DNA of 64,000 nt, from the NCBI RefSeq assembly GCF_963921235.1, contig NC_086097.1:239384001-239448000 (forward strand), in the 5' to 3' direction. Below the pieces are notes generated by a model. That model did no database searches. It had not been told where the DNA came from and was given only the letters and a program-made list of their open reading frames with translations. The DNA is from Mobula hypostoma (taxonomy: Eukaryota). Position numbers and translations under genes: made by a program. Position 1 is the stretch's first letter; each line of letters begins with the position of its first letter. This document shows, in pieces, positions 23,791-36,651 of the stretch.

Positions 23791-24269
23791 ATAGAAAAAT
23801 AAGAAAAGGGTTTATTGTAATATAAAACAGCACCTTATACACACAATCTCATTGATGGGTTGGAGCAGATAGGTTCAAAGGCCTAAATGAACTCCTGCCC
23901 TTTATTCAATCTTCCTCTTTTAAACCAAAGTTTGGTCAATTTTATAACATTTATCTGGCGTTTCCTATCATTCTGCATGACGAAACAACTAAAATGGCTT
24001 CATCTGACAATGTTCATATTTCAAAGCTCAAAGTAAATGTATTATCTAAGTACATACATGTTACCATATACAACCCTGAGATTAATTTTAATAAATGCTG
24101 GCATTTACAGGCGAATAAAGAAATACAATAGAATTTATGAAAATCTATACATAACAAAGACTGACAAAAACTATGTACAAAAGAAGAAAATTCATGCAAA
24201 TAATAAAAAAGTAAATGAATAATACCCAAATGAATTGTGAATTGGAGGGTTGTGGATTTGGTTTGGTGT

Positions 24270-24515
24270 TGAAGAGACTGCTGAACGGATCCTGACCCGG
24301 ATCTGGGCCATACCCTCCAAATATTCAGACCTGCCTCTCGGTATTTTTGCACTACCTTACTTTCCATTTTTCTATTTTCTATTTATGATTTATAATTTAA
24401 ATTTTTAATATTTATTATCGATTTGTAATCCAGAGAGCGGGAAGCGCAGAATCAAATATCGCTGTGATGATTGTACGCTCTAGTATCAATTGTTTGGCGA
24501 CAATAAAGTATAAAG
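24270..24515 (+). mobile_element. Rex1-type LINE 3' UTR fragment (same subfamily as 37550-37990)
   Basis: ctgaacggatcctgacccggatctgggcc..gacaataaagtataaag is the reverse complement of 37555-37825. Confidence 0.75.
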
Positions 24516-24699
24516 TTTTGAGGTGAGTGAAGTTATCCACACTGGTTCAGGAGCCTGATGGTTCAAGATGGATAACTGTTCCTGAACCTGGTGGTGTGGA
24601 ACCCAAAACTCCTGAGGCTCCTGCTCAGTGGTAGAAGTGAGAAGAGATCATACCCTGGATCAGATTGACTCATTCACATTCGCTGTAATTTGCCCATCA

Positions 24700-26630
24700 C
24701 CACAATAGATGTACCGCAGATGCAATCTCACTGGCTCTCCACTCAGCTATGAATCACCTGGACAAAAGCAATATCTACTTCAAGCTGATGTTTATTGATT
24801 GCAGCTCCACGTTCAACATAATCATACTCACAGTTCCAATCAACATCCTTCAATACCTGGGTCTTTGTTCCTCCCTCTTCAACTGGATCCTTGACTTCCT
24901 CACTGGGAGACCACAGTTGGTGCAGATCAGCAATAAGAACATAGAACATAGAAATTTACAGCACATTTACAGGCCCTTCGGCCCACAATGTTGTGCCGAT
25001 CATGTAACTTACTCTAGAGACTGCCTAGAATTTCCCTAGAGCATAGCCCTTTGTCTTTCTAAGCTCCATGTACCTATCTAAGAGGCTCTTAAAAGACCCT
25101 ATTGTATCTGTTTCCACCACCGCCGCCAGCAGTGCATCCCACGCACCCACAACTCTGTGTGAAAAGCTTACCCCTGACATCCTCTTGGTACCTATTTCCA
25201 AGCACCTTAAAACTATGCCCTCTTGTGTTAGCTCTTTCAATTCTGGGAAAAAGCCTCTGGCTATCCACACGATCAATGTCCCTCATCATCTTATACACCT
25301 CTATTAGTCCACCGCTCATCCTCTGTCACACCGAGGAGAAAAGGCCAAGTACACTCAACCTATTCTCATAAGGTATGCCCTACAATTCAGGCAACATCCT
25401 TTTAAGTCTTCTCTGTACACTCTCTATAGTATCCACATCCTTCCTGTAGTGAGTTGACCAAAACTGAACACATGCTCCAAGTGGGATCTGACCAAGGTCT
25501 TATGTAGCTGAACTCAATCCCATGGTTGATGAATGTCAACACACCATACGCCTTCTTAACAATACTGTCAACCTACGCAGCAGCTTTTGAGTGTCCTATC
25601 AACATGGACGCCAAGTTCTCTCAGATCCTCCACACTGCCAAGAGTCTGACCAATTATATTATATTCTGTCCTCAGTTTGGACCTACCAATATGAACCACT
25701 TCACACTTATCTGGATTGAAGTCCATCTGCCACTTCCCAGCCCAGTTCTGCATCCAATAACATTGTTCCTTTCTAGCAATAAATACTGGTGCAGTTCAAG
25801 GGTGCATGCTTAGGCCACTGCTCTACTCTCTCTACATTGATGACTGTGTGTCTAGTCACAGCTCAAACACCATCTATAAATCTGTTGATGGCGCAACTAT
25901 TATTTCTGATGGTGACGACGAGGCGTGCAGGAGCAAGACAGATCAGCTGGTTGAGTGGTGTGTCAGCAACAACCTTGCACTCAACGTCAGTAACAACAAG
26001 GAATTGATTGTGGACTTCAGATAGGGTCAGTTCAGGGAACACACTCCGGTCCTTGTCAAGGGATCAACAGTGGAAAGGCTGAGCAGTTCTAATTTTCTGG
26101 GTGCCATCATCTCTGAAGATCGACCCTGGGCCCAACATATTGATGCAATTATAAAGAAGACACAACATTGGCTGTATTTCATTATTAGTTTGAGGAGACT
26201 TGGTATGTCACCATCGATGTTTGCATAATTCTACATCTGTACCACGAAGAGCATTCTAACTCTTGCACCACTCTCTGTTATGGAGGGGCCAGTGCACAAG
26301 ATCAGAAAAAGCTGCGGAAAATTGTAAACTCAGCCACTTCCATCATGGGCACTGGCCACCCCAGCAATGAGGACATCTTCAGAAGTCGATGACTCAAAAA
26401 GTAGAGATACAGGAGCCTGAAGACACTCACGCAGTGTTTCAGGAACAGTCTGCCCCTCTGCCATCAGGTTTCTGAGTGGACAATGAACTCATGAACACTA
26501 CCTTAGTATTTTTCCTCTCTTTTTGCACCACTTACTTAATTTAGTTTTATATACTGTACTGTATATACGGTATATTATTTCATATTGCTAATCAACAAAT
26601 TTCTCGGCATATGCCAGTGATATCAAACCT
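24700..26630 (+). mobile_element. Rex1 LINE RT to 3' end, split by CR1
   Basis: ORFs 24749- ([22 protein letters not shown]) and 25806-26024 (LVEWC..NNLALNVS..ELIVDFR). Confidence 0.85.
24937..25754 (-). mobile_element. CR1 3' portion
   Basis: gaacatagaacatag tail; ORFs 25089-25319 and 25568-25753 (WQMDFNPDKCEVVH); TSD caataa. Confidence 0.9.
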
Positions 26631-26922
26631 CAGAGCACAGCCTCAAAATAGAGGTACGTCCGTTTAGAACAGAGATGAGGAGGAATTTCTTTAGCCAGAG
26701 GGTGGTTAATCTGTGGAATTCATTGCTATGCGCAGCTGTGCAGGTACGCTGGGTGTATTTAATGTGGAGGCTGATAGAGTCTGGATTAGTCAGGGTGTGA
26801 ACGGTTATGGGGAGAAGGCAGGAGGATGAGGTTAAGAAGGAAATGGATCAGCCATGTTGAAATGGTGGCACAGGCTCGTTGGGCTAAGTGGCCTGATTCT
26901 GCTCCCATGACTGCTGGTCTTT
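26630..26922 (+). mobile_element. CR1 3' end
   Basis: FRTEMRRNFFSQRVVNLWNSL plus 3' UTR. Confidence 0.8.
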
Positions 26923-27013
26923 CACTTCTGATTCTGATTCTGACATATCACGTAAGCATTACTAATAAGTTAATACATTAGAGGTTAATAAATCCTTCCT
27001 AAAGAATGCAAAG

Positions 27014-27170
27014 GGTCACACACACAGAATGTTGGAGGAACTCAGCAGGCCAGGCAGTACCACTGGAAAAGAGTGCAGACGATGTTTCAGGCCGAGACCC
27101 TTCATCAGTCCTCCAGCATTCTGTATGCCTTGTTTAGTTTTCTAGCATCTGCAGATTTTCTCTTGTTTGT
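27014..27170. mobile_element. Short Penelope-derived element with hammerhead core and TSD
   Basis: 10-bp TSD gaatgcaaag (27004-27013, 27171-27180); minus-strand CUGAUGA-AGGGUCUCGGCCU-GAAACAUC at about 27081-27108. Confidence 0.8.
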
Positions 27171-28115
27171 GAATGCAAAGTGTATGGGAATAACAATGCA
27201 ATAATGGAACATGATGGTGCTAGAAGTCATGGAAGCCTAATACGTTTCTAAGAGAATGAGTTTAGAAATGAGCCAGACTGGAGGAAGAGGTTATAGAACT
27301 TCAGCATTGCAAAGTGAGAGATGTGGGCAGAGAATACACTGAACGTTTTGGTTTTGTTTTATTCTTATCTTCCCAACTTCAGCCAGAATGCTTGAAAATG
27401 TTGACGCCCAGATGATGAATCCCATGGGAGCACAGCGACCGAGCTATTAATTTGTCATCGCTGTTGTCAGTCTTAATCCCTTTGCTGTAAAGGTAACATT
27501 AGCATTTCAACAATCAATCCCAAGGCCTTGGTGTTTACAAGTCCAACTATATCAGTCAAGCACAATATAGATGAGGTTGCAAGTTTCCTACTTCGGGTAC
27601 AATTGTCAAACTGCGCAAATTATTTGCACCAGTTTTCCAATATGAAGTTTTGTTTCAAGTTCCCTGTCAAAGTTACCTGTATAATTATAAGCATAAAGAT
27701 TTACATAGGACAGCAAGCTCAGGCACAGCTTTAAAATATAATCATTTATTTCCCTCTAGTGATAACATGTAATCCTTGAGAGTTTTAAGAGTGTAATCCA
27801 TCCAATTTGCCTAATGCTATTGAAAATGCCTTTAGTATTTTTAATGAGTGTCTACGTCTACCACTGAGGAGTATTCAGATTTTAAGTAACTGAACCTGTT
27901 TTGAATTATACACGTCTATAACTGATATAAATTTTCTACGTAAGATAACTTATGTTTATATTTTTTAATATACTTTTTGCTGATGGCCTTTTATAAAAAG
28001 TAAATTTTATTTTAAATGGGAAACTGAACACTGGTTATTGTGGGCAAGGCTGGCTTCAGTCTCTTTCAAAACACACAGAAACTCAGTTTGAGTTGGGCAA
28101 CCTGCTGTTGAAACT

Positions 28116-28310
28116 AAAAAATTCTGCAGATCCAGAGAAACACATTCAAAATGCTAGAGGAACTCTGCAGGTCAGGCAGCATCAATGTAGAGGAATAAGC
28201 AGTTGACGTTTGAACTCAACCCAATATTGACTGTTTATTCCTCTTCATGGATGCTATCTGATCCGCTGAGTCCCACCAGCATTTTGTTGTGTTGCTTCGA
28301 ATTTCCATCA
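28116..28310. mobile_element. Penelope-derived fold-back element, centre deleted
   Basis: Arm ..gcagcatc..gaggaataagcagttgacg inverted against ttgactgtttattcctc..gatgct..cagcattttg. Confidence 0.7.
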
Positions 28311-28738
28311 TCACTTTTCTTGGGTTACACAATTTTGAAAGAACCTGGTAGAGTTGATAAGCCTGAATGTGTGAAAACTTTCGCGGTATTTTTGCCCTTC
28401 TTTTGCACTACTTTTTTAAAACTTTTATACTGTACAGTCCTGCGAGATTGAAAATCTGGCAGGAGCAAAGAGTGTTAGGACTAGCAATGGCGGAGCACTG
28501 TGGGAGAGGTGTGGGACAGCTGGCAGAGAAGGAGTGCCAGGGGTAGGGTGGGGGGTGATGTTGCATGGAAGTAGACAGATCCAGCTATGAGAAACCAGGA
28601 AAGGTAATTTGTTTGCAAACAATTGGCTTATTGATCATTACAGAATGTCTCTCTGGTGATTCCCGTTCCCTCCACTCTCCCTTCCCCTTTTCCCGACCAT
28701 GATTCCCTTCACCCTGACCCATTCCCACTTTCAGTCCA

Positions 28739-28967
28739 TGTGGTAAACCATGTATATATGTTGTAACTCGGTTAGCTGTCTGGACACACCCCTCTGCTGA
28801 CTGCCCCTGTGGCTCCTCCCACAGAGTCCTGTATAAAGGTGTTCGCCTTGCCCCTCCCCCTCAGTCCAGGGTCAGACACTCACTGTGGAGGTCGTATTGT
28901 ACAGCGAGTAAAAGCTTTTCAGTATTTTACCAAACCACAGTCTTTTGGAGTAATTGAAGGTACTTCA
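28739..28967 (+). mobile_element. Solo LTR, 229 bp
   Basis: TG...CA termini; perfect 5-bp TSD gtcca; tataaa and agtaaa in LTR order. Confidence 0.8.
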
Positions 28968-29124
28968 GTCCACAATAGATACCCACATCAGAATCAGGTT
29001 TATCATCACTCACATAAACCATGAAATTTGATTTCTTTTGTGGTAGCAGTACAGTGCAATACATGAACTTACCACAGTACTGTGCAAAACTCTTAGGCAC
29101 CCTAGCTATATGTATATACACACA

Positions 29125-29803
29125 CACTCAGTGGCCACTTTATTAGGAATACCATTACACCTGGTTAATGCAAGTATCTAATTTAATCAGCCAATTGTGT
29201 GGCAGCAACTCAATGCATTAAAAACATGCAGACTTAGTCAAGAGGTTCAGTTGTTGTTCATGTAATGTATGGATCTACTTCTTTAAGGGCAATGGCCCCT
29301 TCCCCCCCCGGTACTACACAGTGATCTGTTGTCTGCACTTGCACTCTTGTCCACACATGCACAATTGTTTTCTCTCTCTCTCACTGCAATGTGAATAAAC
29401 CAGTTAAAACCATCTCCATTGTCTGTCTTAAATTTAATATATATATAGTTGTGCACAGACACAACAGTTCAGACCAAATATTAAAATGGGGAAGAAATTT
29501 GATCTAGCTGACTTTTACCATAGAATGATTGCTGGTGCCAGCTGGGGAGGTTTGATTATATCCGAGACTGCTGATCTCCTGAGATTTTCACACCGAACTG
29601 TCTCTAGAGCTTATAGAGAATGGTGCAAAACCAAAACCATCCAGTGAGAGTCGGTTCTTTGGGTGAAAACACTTTGTTAGTGAGAGAGGTCAGAGGAGAA
29701 TGACCAGACTGGTACAAGCTGATAGCAAGGCAACAGTGGTGTGCAGGAAAGTGTCTTTGTCAAACCTTGAGGTACGGGGGTACCTAATAGTGACCACTGA
29801 CTG
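29125..29803 (+). mobile_element. Internally deleted Tc1 element, copy 2
   Basis: TIR cactcagtggccactttattagg; MGKKFDLADFYHRMIAGASWGGLIISETADLLRFSHRTVSRAYREW. Confidence 0.85.
29261..29466 (+). mobile_element. Solo LTR nested in Tc1 copy 2
   Basis: TGTAA...AACA termini; perfect TSD gttca (29256-29260, 29467-29471); aataaa near 29394. Confidence 0.8.
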
Positions 29804-29827
29804 CATAAGTACAGCCAGGATATGATA

Positions 29828-30912
29828 TTAGAAACATAGAACATAGAAAACCTACAACGCAATATAGGCCCTTCGCCCCTCAAAGTTGTGCCAAACATGT
29901 CCCTACCTTAGAAATTACTAGGCTTACCCATAGCCCTCTATTTCTCTAAGCTCCATGTACCTATCCAAAAGTCTCTTAAAAGACCCTATCATATCCACCG
30001 TTGCCGGCAGCCCATTCCACGCATTCACCACTCTCTGAGTAAAAAACTTACCCCTAACATCTCCTCTACCTACTCCCCAGCACCTTAAACCTGTGTCCTC
30101 TTGTGGCAACCATTTCAGCCCTGGGAAAAAGCCTCTGACTATCCACATGATCAATGCCTCTCATCATCTTATATACCTCTGTCAGGTCCCCTCTCATCCT
30201 CCGTCGCTCCAAGGAGAAAAGGCCGAATTCACTAAACCTGTTTTCATAAGGCATTGTCCCCAATCCAGGCAGCATCTCTGTAAATCTCTTCTGCACCCTT
30301 TCTAAGGCTTCCACATCCTTCCTGTAGTGAGGCGACCATAACTGAGCAAGTGGGGTCTGACCAGAGTCCTATATAGCTGCAATATTACCTCTTGGCTCCT
30401 AAATTCGATACCACGATTAATGAAGGCCAATACACCGTATGCCTTCTTAACCATAGAGTCAACCTGCGCAGCTGCTTTGAGCGTCCTATGGACTCAGACC
30501 CCAAGATCCTTCTGATCCTCCACACTGCCAAGAGTCTTACCATTAATACTATATTCTGCCATCATATTTGACCTACCAAAATAAACCACTTAACACTTAT
30601 CTGGGTTGAACTCCGCATCCTATCAATGTCCTGCTGTAACTTCTGACAGCCCTCCACACTATCCACAATACCTCCAACCTTTGTGTCATCAGCAAACTTA
30701 CTAACCCATCCCTCCGCTTCTTCATCCAGGTCATTTTTAAAAATCACGAAGAGTAATGGTCCCAGAACAGATCCCTGAAGCACACCACTGGTGACCGACC
30801 TCCGTGCAGAATATGACCCGTCTTCAAGCAGTCTTTGCCTTCTGTTGGGCAAGCCAGTTCTGGATCCACAAACAAATGTCCCCTAGGATCCCATGCCTCC
30901 TTACTTTCTCAA
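29828..30912 (-). mobile_element. CR1 RT to 3' end
   Basis: ORFs 30562-30852 (SGVLQGSVLGPLLF..KFADDTK) and 30066-30314; catagaa tail. Confidence 0.92.
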
Positions 30913-31377
30913 AGAAGATTATATCTCAAAGAAGATCTATTTGAAGATACTGGATAGGAAATTCACATTTTTTGAGGTTGATTGACATTGCTTTATATCA
31001 CCAAAGGTTTTACTGGCTTCAGAATCAGAATAAGGTTCCAGCATCTACAGAATCTCTTGTGATAATAGACCTGGTTCTGATTTTGGATCATCACTAAGGG
31101 CTGTCCCCAACCAGGACATGCCCTCCTATCAGATAAACATAGAAAATAGGTGCAGGAGTAGGCCATTTGGCCCTTCACTACTAACATTGGTTAATCCACG
31201 TGGACTTGAGTTCTGCTCATTGTCAGCAGAAATATTGAATTTCTTGACACCTTCCTTGATCTTACCATACGATTCCAGATGCGTCTTCAGCTGGCTATGA
31301 AGCATAGTCTTCAACATATTAAGTTGAGGCATGCACTCTATATGTCCTAGCTAGTGAAGTCTGTAGGCTTCAAGAGT

Positions 31378-33335
31378 TATAAGACCATAAGATATAGGAG
31401 CAGAATGAGGCCAGAGAGTCTGCTCTGCCATTTCATCATGGCTGATCCATTTCCTTCTCAGCCACAATCTCCTGCCTTCTCCCTTACTAATCCCTTCGTG
31501 TCTTACTAATCAAGAACCTATCAAACTCTTCCTTAAATATACCAAATAACTTGGTCTCCACGGTCACCTGTGGAAACAAATTCCACAGCTTCCTCCCACT
31601 CCGGCTAAAGAAATTTCTCCTACCTTCTTTTTGTAACCCTATGGCTAAAGAAGTTCCTTCTCATATCTTTTCTAAAGAGACATTATTGTATTCTTGACCC
31701 CCTCACTACAAGAAACATTCACTCCATGTCAACTCTATCGTTATTCAGTAGATTTCAATGACTTCCCCCTCATTGTTCTAATCTTGATCACGTACCGGCC
31801 CAGAGCCATCAAACACTCCTCATACACTTTCATTCCCGGGATCGGTCTTCTCAACCTACTTTGGACCCTCAACAATGCCAGCACATCCTTTCTTTGACAA
31901 GATTGCAAATGGCACTCCGCTCTTTAAGAAGGGAGGAAGGCAGAAGAAAAGAAATTATAGGCCAGTTAGTCTGACTTCAGTGGGTGGGAAGACGTCAGAA
32001 TCCATTATTAAGAATGTGGCTTGGGGGCACTTGGAGGTGCATGATAAAGTAAGCCAAAGTCAGAATGGTTTCCTTATGGAGAAATCTTTCCTAACAAATT
32101 TCTTTGAAGAAATAATAAGCAGGATAGGCAAAGGGGTCACTGGATGTTCTATACTTGTCCTTTGACAAGATGCAGCGCGTGAGGCTACTTAACAAGATAA
32201 AAGGCCATCATATCACAGAAGAGATAATAGAATGGATGGAAGAATAACTGGCTGGCAGGAGGCAAAAATGTGGAATAAACGGGGCCTGTTCTGGTTGGCT
32301 GTTCGTGACAAATGGTGTTCTGCATGGCGGTATTGGGATCGGTACTTTTCACATTATATGTCTGTGACTTGGGTGATGGAATTGATGGCCTTGTGGCAAT
32401 GTTTGGAGAAGCTATGAAGATAGATGGAGGGGTAGGTGATGTTGAGGAAGCAGGGAAACTACAGAAGGATTTAGACCGATTGGGAGAATGGGCAAAGATG
32501 TGGCAGATGGAATATACTGTATGGAATTGCATGGCCATACACTTTGAGAGAAGGAATAAGGGTGTAGAGTAGTTTCTAAGCAGGGAGAAAATTCAATCGT
32601 CTGAAGTGCAAAGGGACTTGGGAGTCCTTGTGCAGGGCTCTCTAAAAGTTAACTTGCAGGTTGAGTTAATGGTAAGGAAGGCAAATGTAATGTTAGTATT
32701 AATTTGGAGAGGACTAGAATGTAAAAGCAAGGATGTAGTGCTGAAACTTTATAAGCATTGGTCAGACTGCACTTGGAGCATTGGGAGAGACTTTTGTCAC
32801 CTTATCGAAGGAAAGATGTGTGGCATTGGAGAGTGGAGGTTCACGAGAATGATCCCAGGAATTAAATAGTTAACATTTGTGGAGCACTTGCCCTGTACTC
32901 ACTGAAACCTACTGAATATTGAAAATCCTAAACAAAGTGGATGTGGAGAAAATGTCCACTTAGAAGGAATTGCTTTAGCCAGAGGTGGTGGATGTGTGGA
33001 ATTCATTGCCATGGATGGCAGTGGAGGCCAAGTCATTGTGTCGATTTAAAGCAGAGTTTGAAAGGTTTTTGTTTAGACAGGGCATCAAAGGTAATGGGGA
33101 GAAGACCAGTGAATGAAGTTGAAAAAGATAATAAATCATCCATGATGGAATTGTGGAGCAGACTTGATGGGCCGCTTGTGCTAATTCTGCTCCTGTAACG
33201 TATGGTCTTATGGTCTCATAAGGGACCCATATCTGCTCACAATACTCCAAGTGTGGTATGACCAATGCTTTATAAAACCTTAGCATTACATCATTGCTTT
33301 TATATTCTACTTCACTTAAAATGAATGCTAAATTT
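31378..33335 (-). mobile_element. CR1 3' portion interrupted by an opposite-orientation CR1
   Basis: taagaccataag tail; sequence resumes at about 33219 (taagggaccc..ctgctcacaatactccaag). Confidence 0.75.
31897..33218 (+). mobile_element. CR1 RT to 3' end, decayed
   Basis: ORFs 31875-32165 (PLFKKGGRQKKRNYRPVSLTS), 32312-32572, 32606-32869. Confidence 0.88.
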
Positions 33336-34039
33336 GGGATGGTATTGTTTTGACAACAGGGTTCTTAATACCAGTTGCTGTGCTGAACTTGGTTCGTGTT
33401 GGCCGATACAACCCACGTTTTGTTATTTTGAAGAGCACCCCTAACTCACAACAGAAGTGAGTCAGCTGCAAAGAAGAAATGGATTTTTAATATTGCTTCA
33501 GTCTGCAGTCTGAGAGGTCACAATAGGTATCAGGTACACTGGTGGACTGATAAACTGAAAAGCTGATATACACAGTTTTTGGGCAATAGGTTACTTTGCA
33601 ATGTTAATCTTTATAAGCCCAGATTCAATGAAATATTGAATGTTGCAGTAAAATCTCTCTCCTTTGCACTTAACATAACTTTCTGGTGCCAACTTGATAA
33701 CTCATCGTTCTTCACTTAAAATCTCCTTTATTTTCGTATTTGACTGGAGGATATCTTATTTCTAACCTAAGGACATTCATGGAAAATGTGATGACTTTCT
33801 CTAATGTGGGGAATATTTTTGTTTCTTAATTTAATAATAGTGCTTTCAACAAATCTCTCTACATTTGGAATGAGTGCATTAAAATTATTGACTTACTGAT
33901 TTTAAATAAATCCAGATGGATAATTCAAAAACAATTTTGCTTGGTTATTATTATATTTCTTTGGCATATCTTGAATTCCTCAATCAAAATATAAGTTTGA
34001 ATGATGAAAGCATCTGAATACTTGATTTCACCCTTCCAG

Positions 34040-34083
34040 AGACTCCACTTCCAACATCTTCCCAGAACAGCCTAAGCCTACAG
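34040..34083 (+). CDS. Candidate 44-bp coding exon
   Basis: Acceptor gatttcacccttccag, donor CAG|gtatgc; DSTSNIFPEQPKPT, in phase with exons at 11547 and 49626. Confidence 0.4.
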
Positions 34084-34515
34084 GTATGCAGGGTGGTAAA
34101 AAAAGAAGGTGCATGGACATTAATACTGATAACAGGCCATTTGGAAAAATGGAAATATAAAAGGTAAACACATATCTGAATGTATGACACCTTTTTAACA
34201 AAAATGATGAATTAGTAGCAGATGAAGTATATTGGTTTGAGCTAAATGGCTGAGGGATTAGAAGACTGGAGGATAGCTAACTTTGCCCTCGTTCAAAAAC
34301 AGCAGTAGAGGTCAGCCTAACGAGCCTTTCTTCAGTGGTAGGGAAGTTGTTGGAAGAGATTTATGTCTAGAAAGGCAGGGGTTGGCTATGTTTACTTAGA
34401 AAAGGAGCATGGTTTTCTGCAGGGGAGATCACAACTCAAAAGTTCTTACCTCACCAAACTGGCTGAGTGCTTTGAAAATCGATGGAAGTAGATCAGTAGA
34501 CATAATTTGCCTGTA

Positions 34516-35827
34516 AACACGAGGAAATCTGCAGATGCTGGAAATTCAAGCAACACACATCAAAGTTGCTGGTGAACACAGCAGGCCAGGCATCATCTCT
34601 CGGAAGACGTTTCGGTCCGAGACCCTTCGTCAGGACGAACAAGGAAGAGCTAGTAAGAGATTTGAAAGTGGGAGGGGGAGGGGGAGATCCAAAATGATAG
34701 GAGAAGACAGGAGGGGGAGGGATGGAGCCAAGAGCTGGACAGGTGATTGGCAAAGGGGATATGAGAGGATCATGGGACAGGAGGCCCAGGGAGAAGGAAA
34801 AGGGGGAGGAGGGGAAAACACCCAGAGGATGGGCAAGGGGTATAGTGAGAGGGACAGAGGGGGAAAAAGGAGAGGAAGGAAAAGAATGTGTGTATATAAA
34901 TAAATAATGGATGGGGTACGAGGGGGAGGTGGGCATTAGCGGAAGTTTGAGAAGTCAATGTTCATGCCATCAGGTTGGAGGTTACCCAGGCGGAATATAA
35001 GGTGTTGTTCCTCCAACTTGAGTGTGGCTTCATCTTTACAGTAGAGGAGGCCATGGATAGACATATCAGAATGGGAATGGGACGAGGAATTAAAATATGT
35101 GGCCACTGGGAGATCCTGCTTTCTCTGGCAGACAGAGCGTAGGTGTTCAGTGAAACAGTCTCCCAGTCTGCATTGGGTCTCGCCAATATATAGAAGGCCC
35201 ACATCAGGAGCACCGGACGTGGTATATCACACCAGCCGACTCACAGGTGAAGTGTCGCCTCACCTGGAAGGACTGTCTGGGGCCCTGAATAGTGGTAAGG
35301 GAGGAAGTGTAAGGGCATGTGTAGCACTTGTTCTGCTTACAAGGATAAGTGCCAGGAGGGAGATCGGTGGGGAGGGATGGGGGGGACGCATGGACAAGGG
35401 AGTCGCGTAGGGAGCGATCCCTGCGGAAAGCAGACAGAGGGGGGGAGGGAAAGATGTGTTTAGTGGTGGGATCCCGTTGGAGGTGGCGGAAGTTACGGAG
35501 AATAATATTACGACCCGGAGGCTGGTGGGGTGGTAGGTGAGGACAAGGGGAACCCTATTCCTAGTGGGGTGGCGGGAGGATGGAGTGAGAGCAGATGTGC
35601 GTGAAGTGGGGGAGATGCGTTTGAGAGCAGAGTTGATGGTGGAGGAAGGGAAACCCCTTTCTTTAAAAAAGGAGGACATCTCCCTCGTCCTGGAATGAAA
35701 AGCCTCATCCTGAGAGCAGATGCGGCGGAGATGGAGGAATTGCGAGAAGAAATTAAAAACACAAACACGAGGAAATCTGCAGATGCTGGAAATTCAAGCA
35801 ATTTAAAAGCGCAAACACGAGGAAAGT
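34516..35827 (-). mobile_element. Penelope-like element, 5'-truncated: GIY-YIG endonuclease, 3' region with hammerhead core
   Basis: ORF 34936-35202 (LLYIGETQCRL..EHLRSV..LEEQHLIFRLGNLQPDGMN) and 35260-35679 (FKERGFP..RVPLVLTYHP); 10-bp TSD tttgcctgta. Confidence 0.92.
34606..34636 (-). ncRNA. Hammerhead core in Penelope 3' region (3' strand of stem I lost)
   Basis: Minus strand GUC-CUGACGA-AGGGUCUCGGACC-GAAACGUC. Confidence 0.7.
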
Positions 35828-36395
35828 TTTGCCTGTACTTTATTAGGACTTTTGATGAGGTCCTGCAGGGCAGGTTAGTCCAGGATTCAAGGTCCTTTGG
35901 CAAATTGGATCTAACATTGGCGTAATGATGGGAGGTAGAATGTTGTGGTGCATTTGATATTATTCTGACTGGAAATCTGGAAGAAGTGGAGTCCTACAAA
36001 AGTCGGTGCTAGGACCTTTATTGTTGGTTAGATACTTGAGTAAGATGCAGGTGGTCTGTTTAGGAAGTCTGCAGATGACAGATAAATTGATGACATCACA
36101 GAGAGTGAAGCAGATTACCTAATGATACAGAGGAACATAAATCAGATTAAATGGACGAGGGCCGGTGATGCTCTAGGTGCACGAGTCAAAGCAAGGAATT
36201 TGGCGTCCTTTCATGACTAGTCCTGGGGTCAATACTGAAGATTGGAGCCTGAAAGTTGAGGCCCAATGGCAGGAACTCTGGGACTGCAAGCCTGTGAGTC
36301 CACTGGGGGAAATTGGAGGGCTGATGCCTGCATATGCGCATATCTGCTGAGGCATCACAATCGCTCACAAACCAACAGCAACTTTAAGGAAGTTT

Positions 36396-36651
36396 ATTGA
36401 TTAATTCTGTTTAGATTAGTTTTTTTTTGGGGAGGGTTTTTTTTTCCTTTTCATGATTTTTGTCTAGATATTTCTCTTTGTTTTATATTATTCATTGCTA
36501 TCCTATATGATTGGGAGTTTTATCATTTACGTATTATTTGGCTTTATAATCACTCATGTTAATTATAACAATGTATTCCCAATAACTTTGTACTACTGCT
36601 ATGTCATGTTTATATTTTTATGAAACTAATAAAAAGGTTGAAAAGAAAAAA
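36396..36651 (+). mobile_element. L1-like 3' UTR fragment nested in Penelope
   Basis: aataaa plus A-rich tail; TSD gaagttt (36389-36395, 36652-36658). Confidence 0.65.

Larger units (their letters stand above)
34255..36155 (+). mobile_element. Old CR1 RT fragment hosting the Penelope insertion
   Basis: EDWRIAN..HGFLQGRS..VDIICL|YFIRTFDEVLQGRLVQ reads across the insertion. Confidence 0.7.

Noticed and set aside
33984..34078. Minus-strand terminal exon reading
   Set aside because: Acceptor-like site exists, but no compatible upstream exon was found; the + strand reading has both sites and fits the chain
34535..34903. 122-aa Gly/Arg/Glu-rich ORF and overlapping Pro/Ser-rich ORFs
   Set aside because: Shadow frames of the purine/pyrimidine-skewed Penelope 3' UTR
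34936..35202. Microbial or homing GIY-YIG endonuclease
   Set aside because: Context (RVPLVLTYHP linker, hammerhead terminus, TSD) is that of a Penelope element
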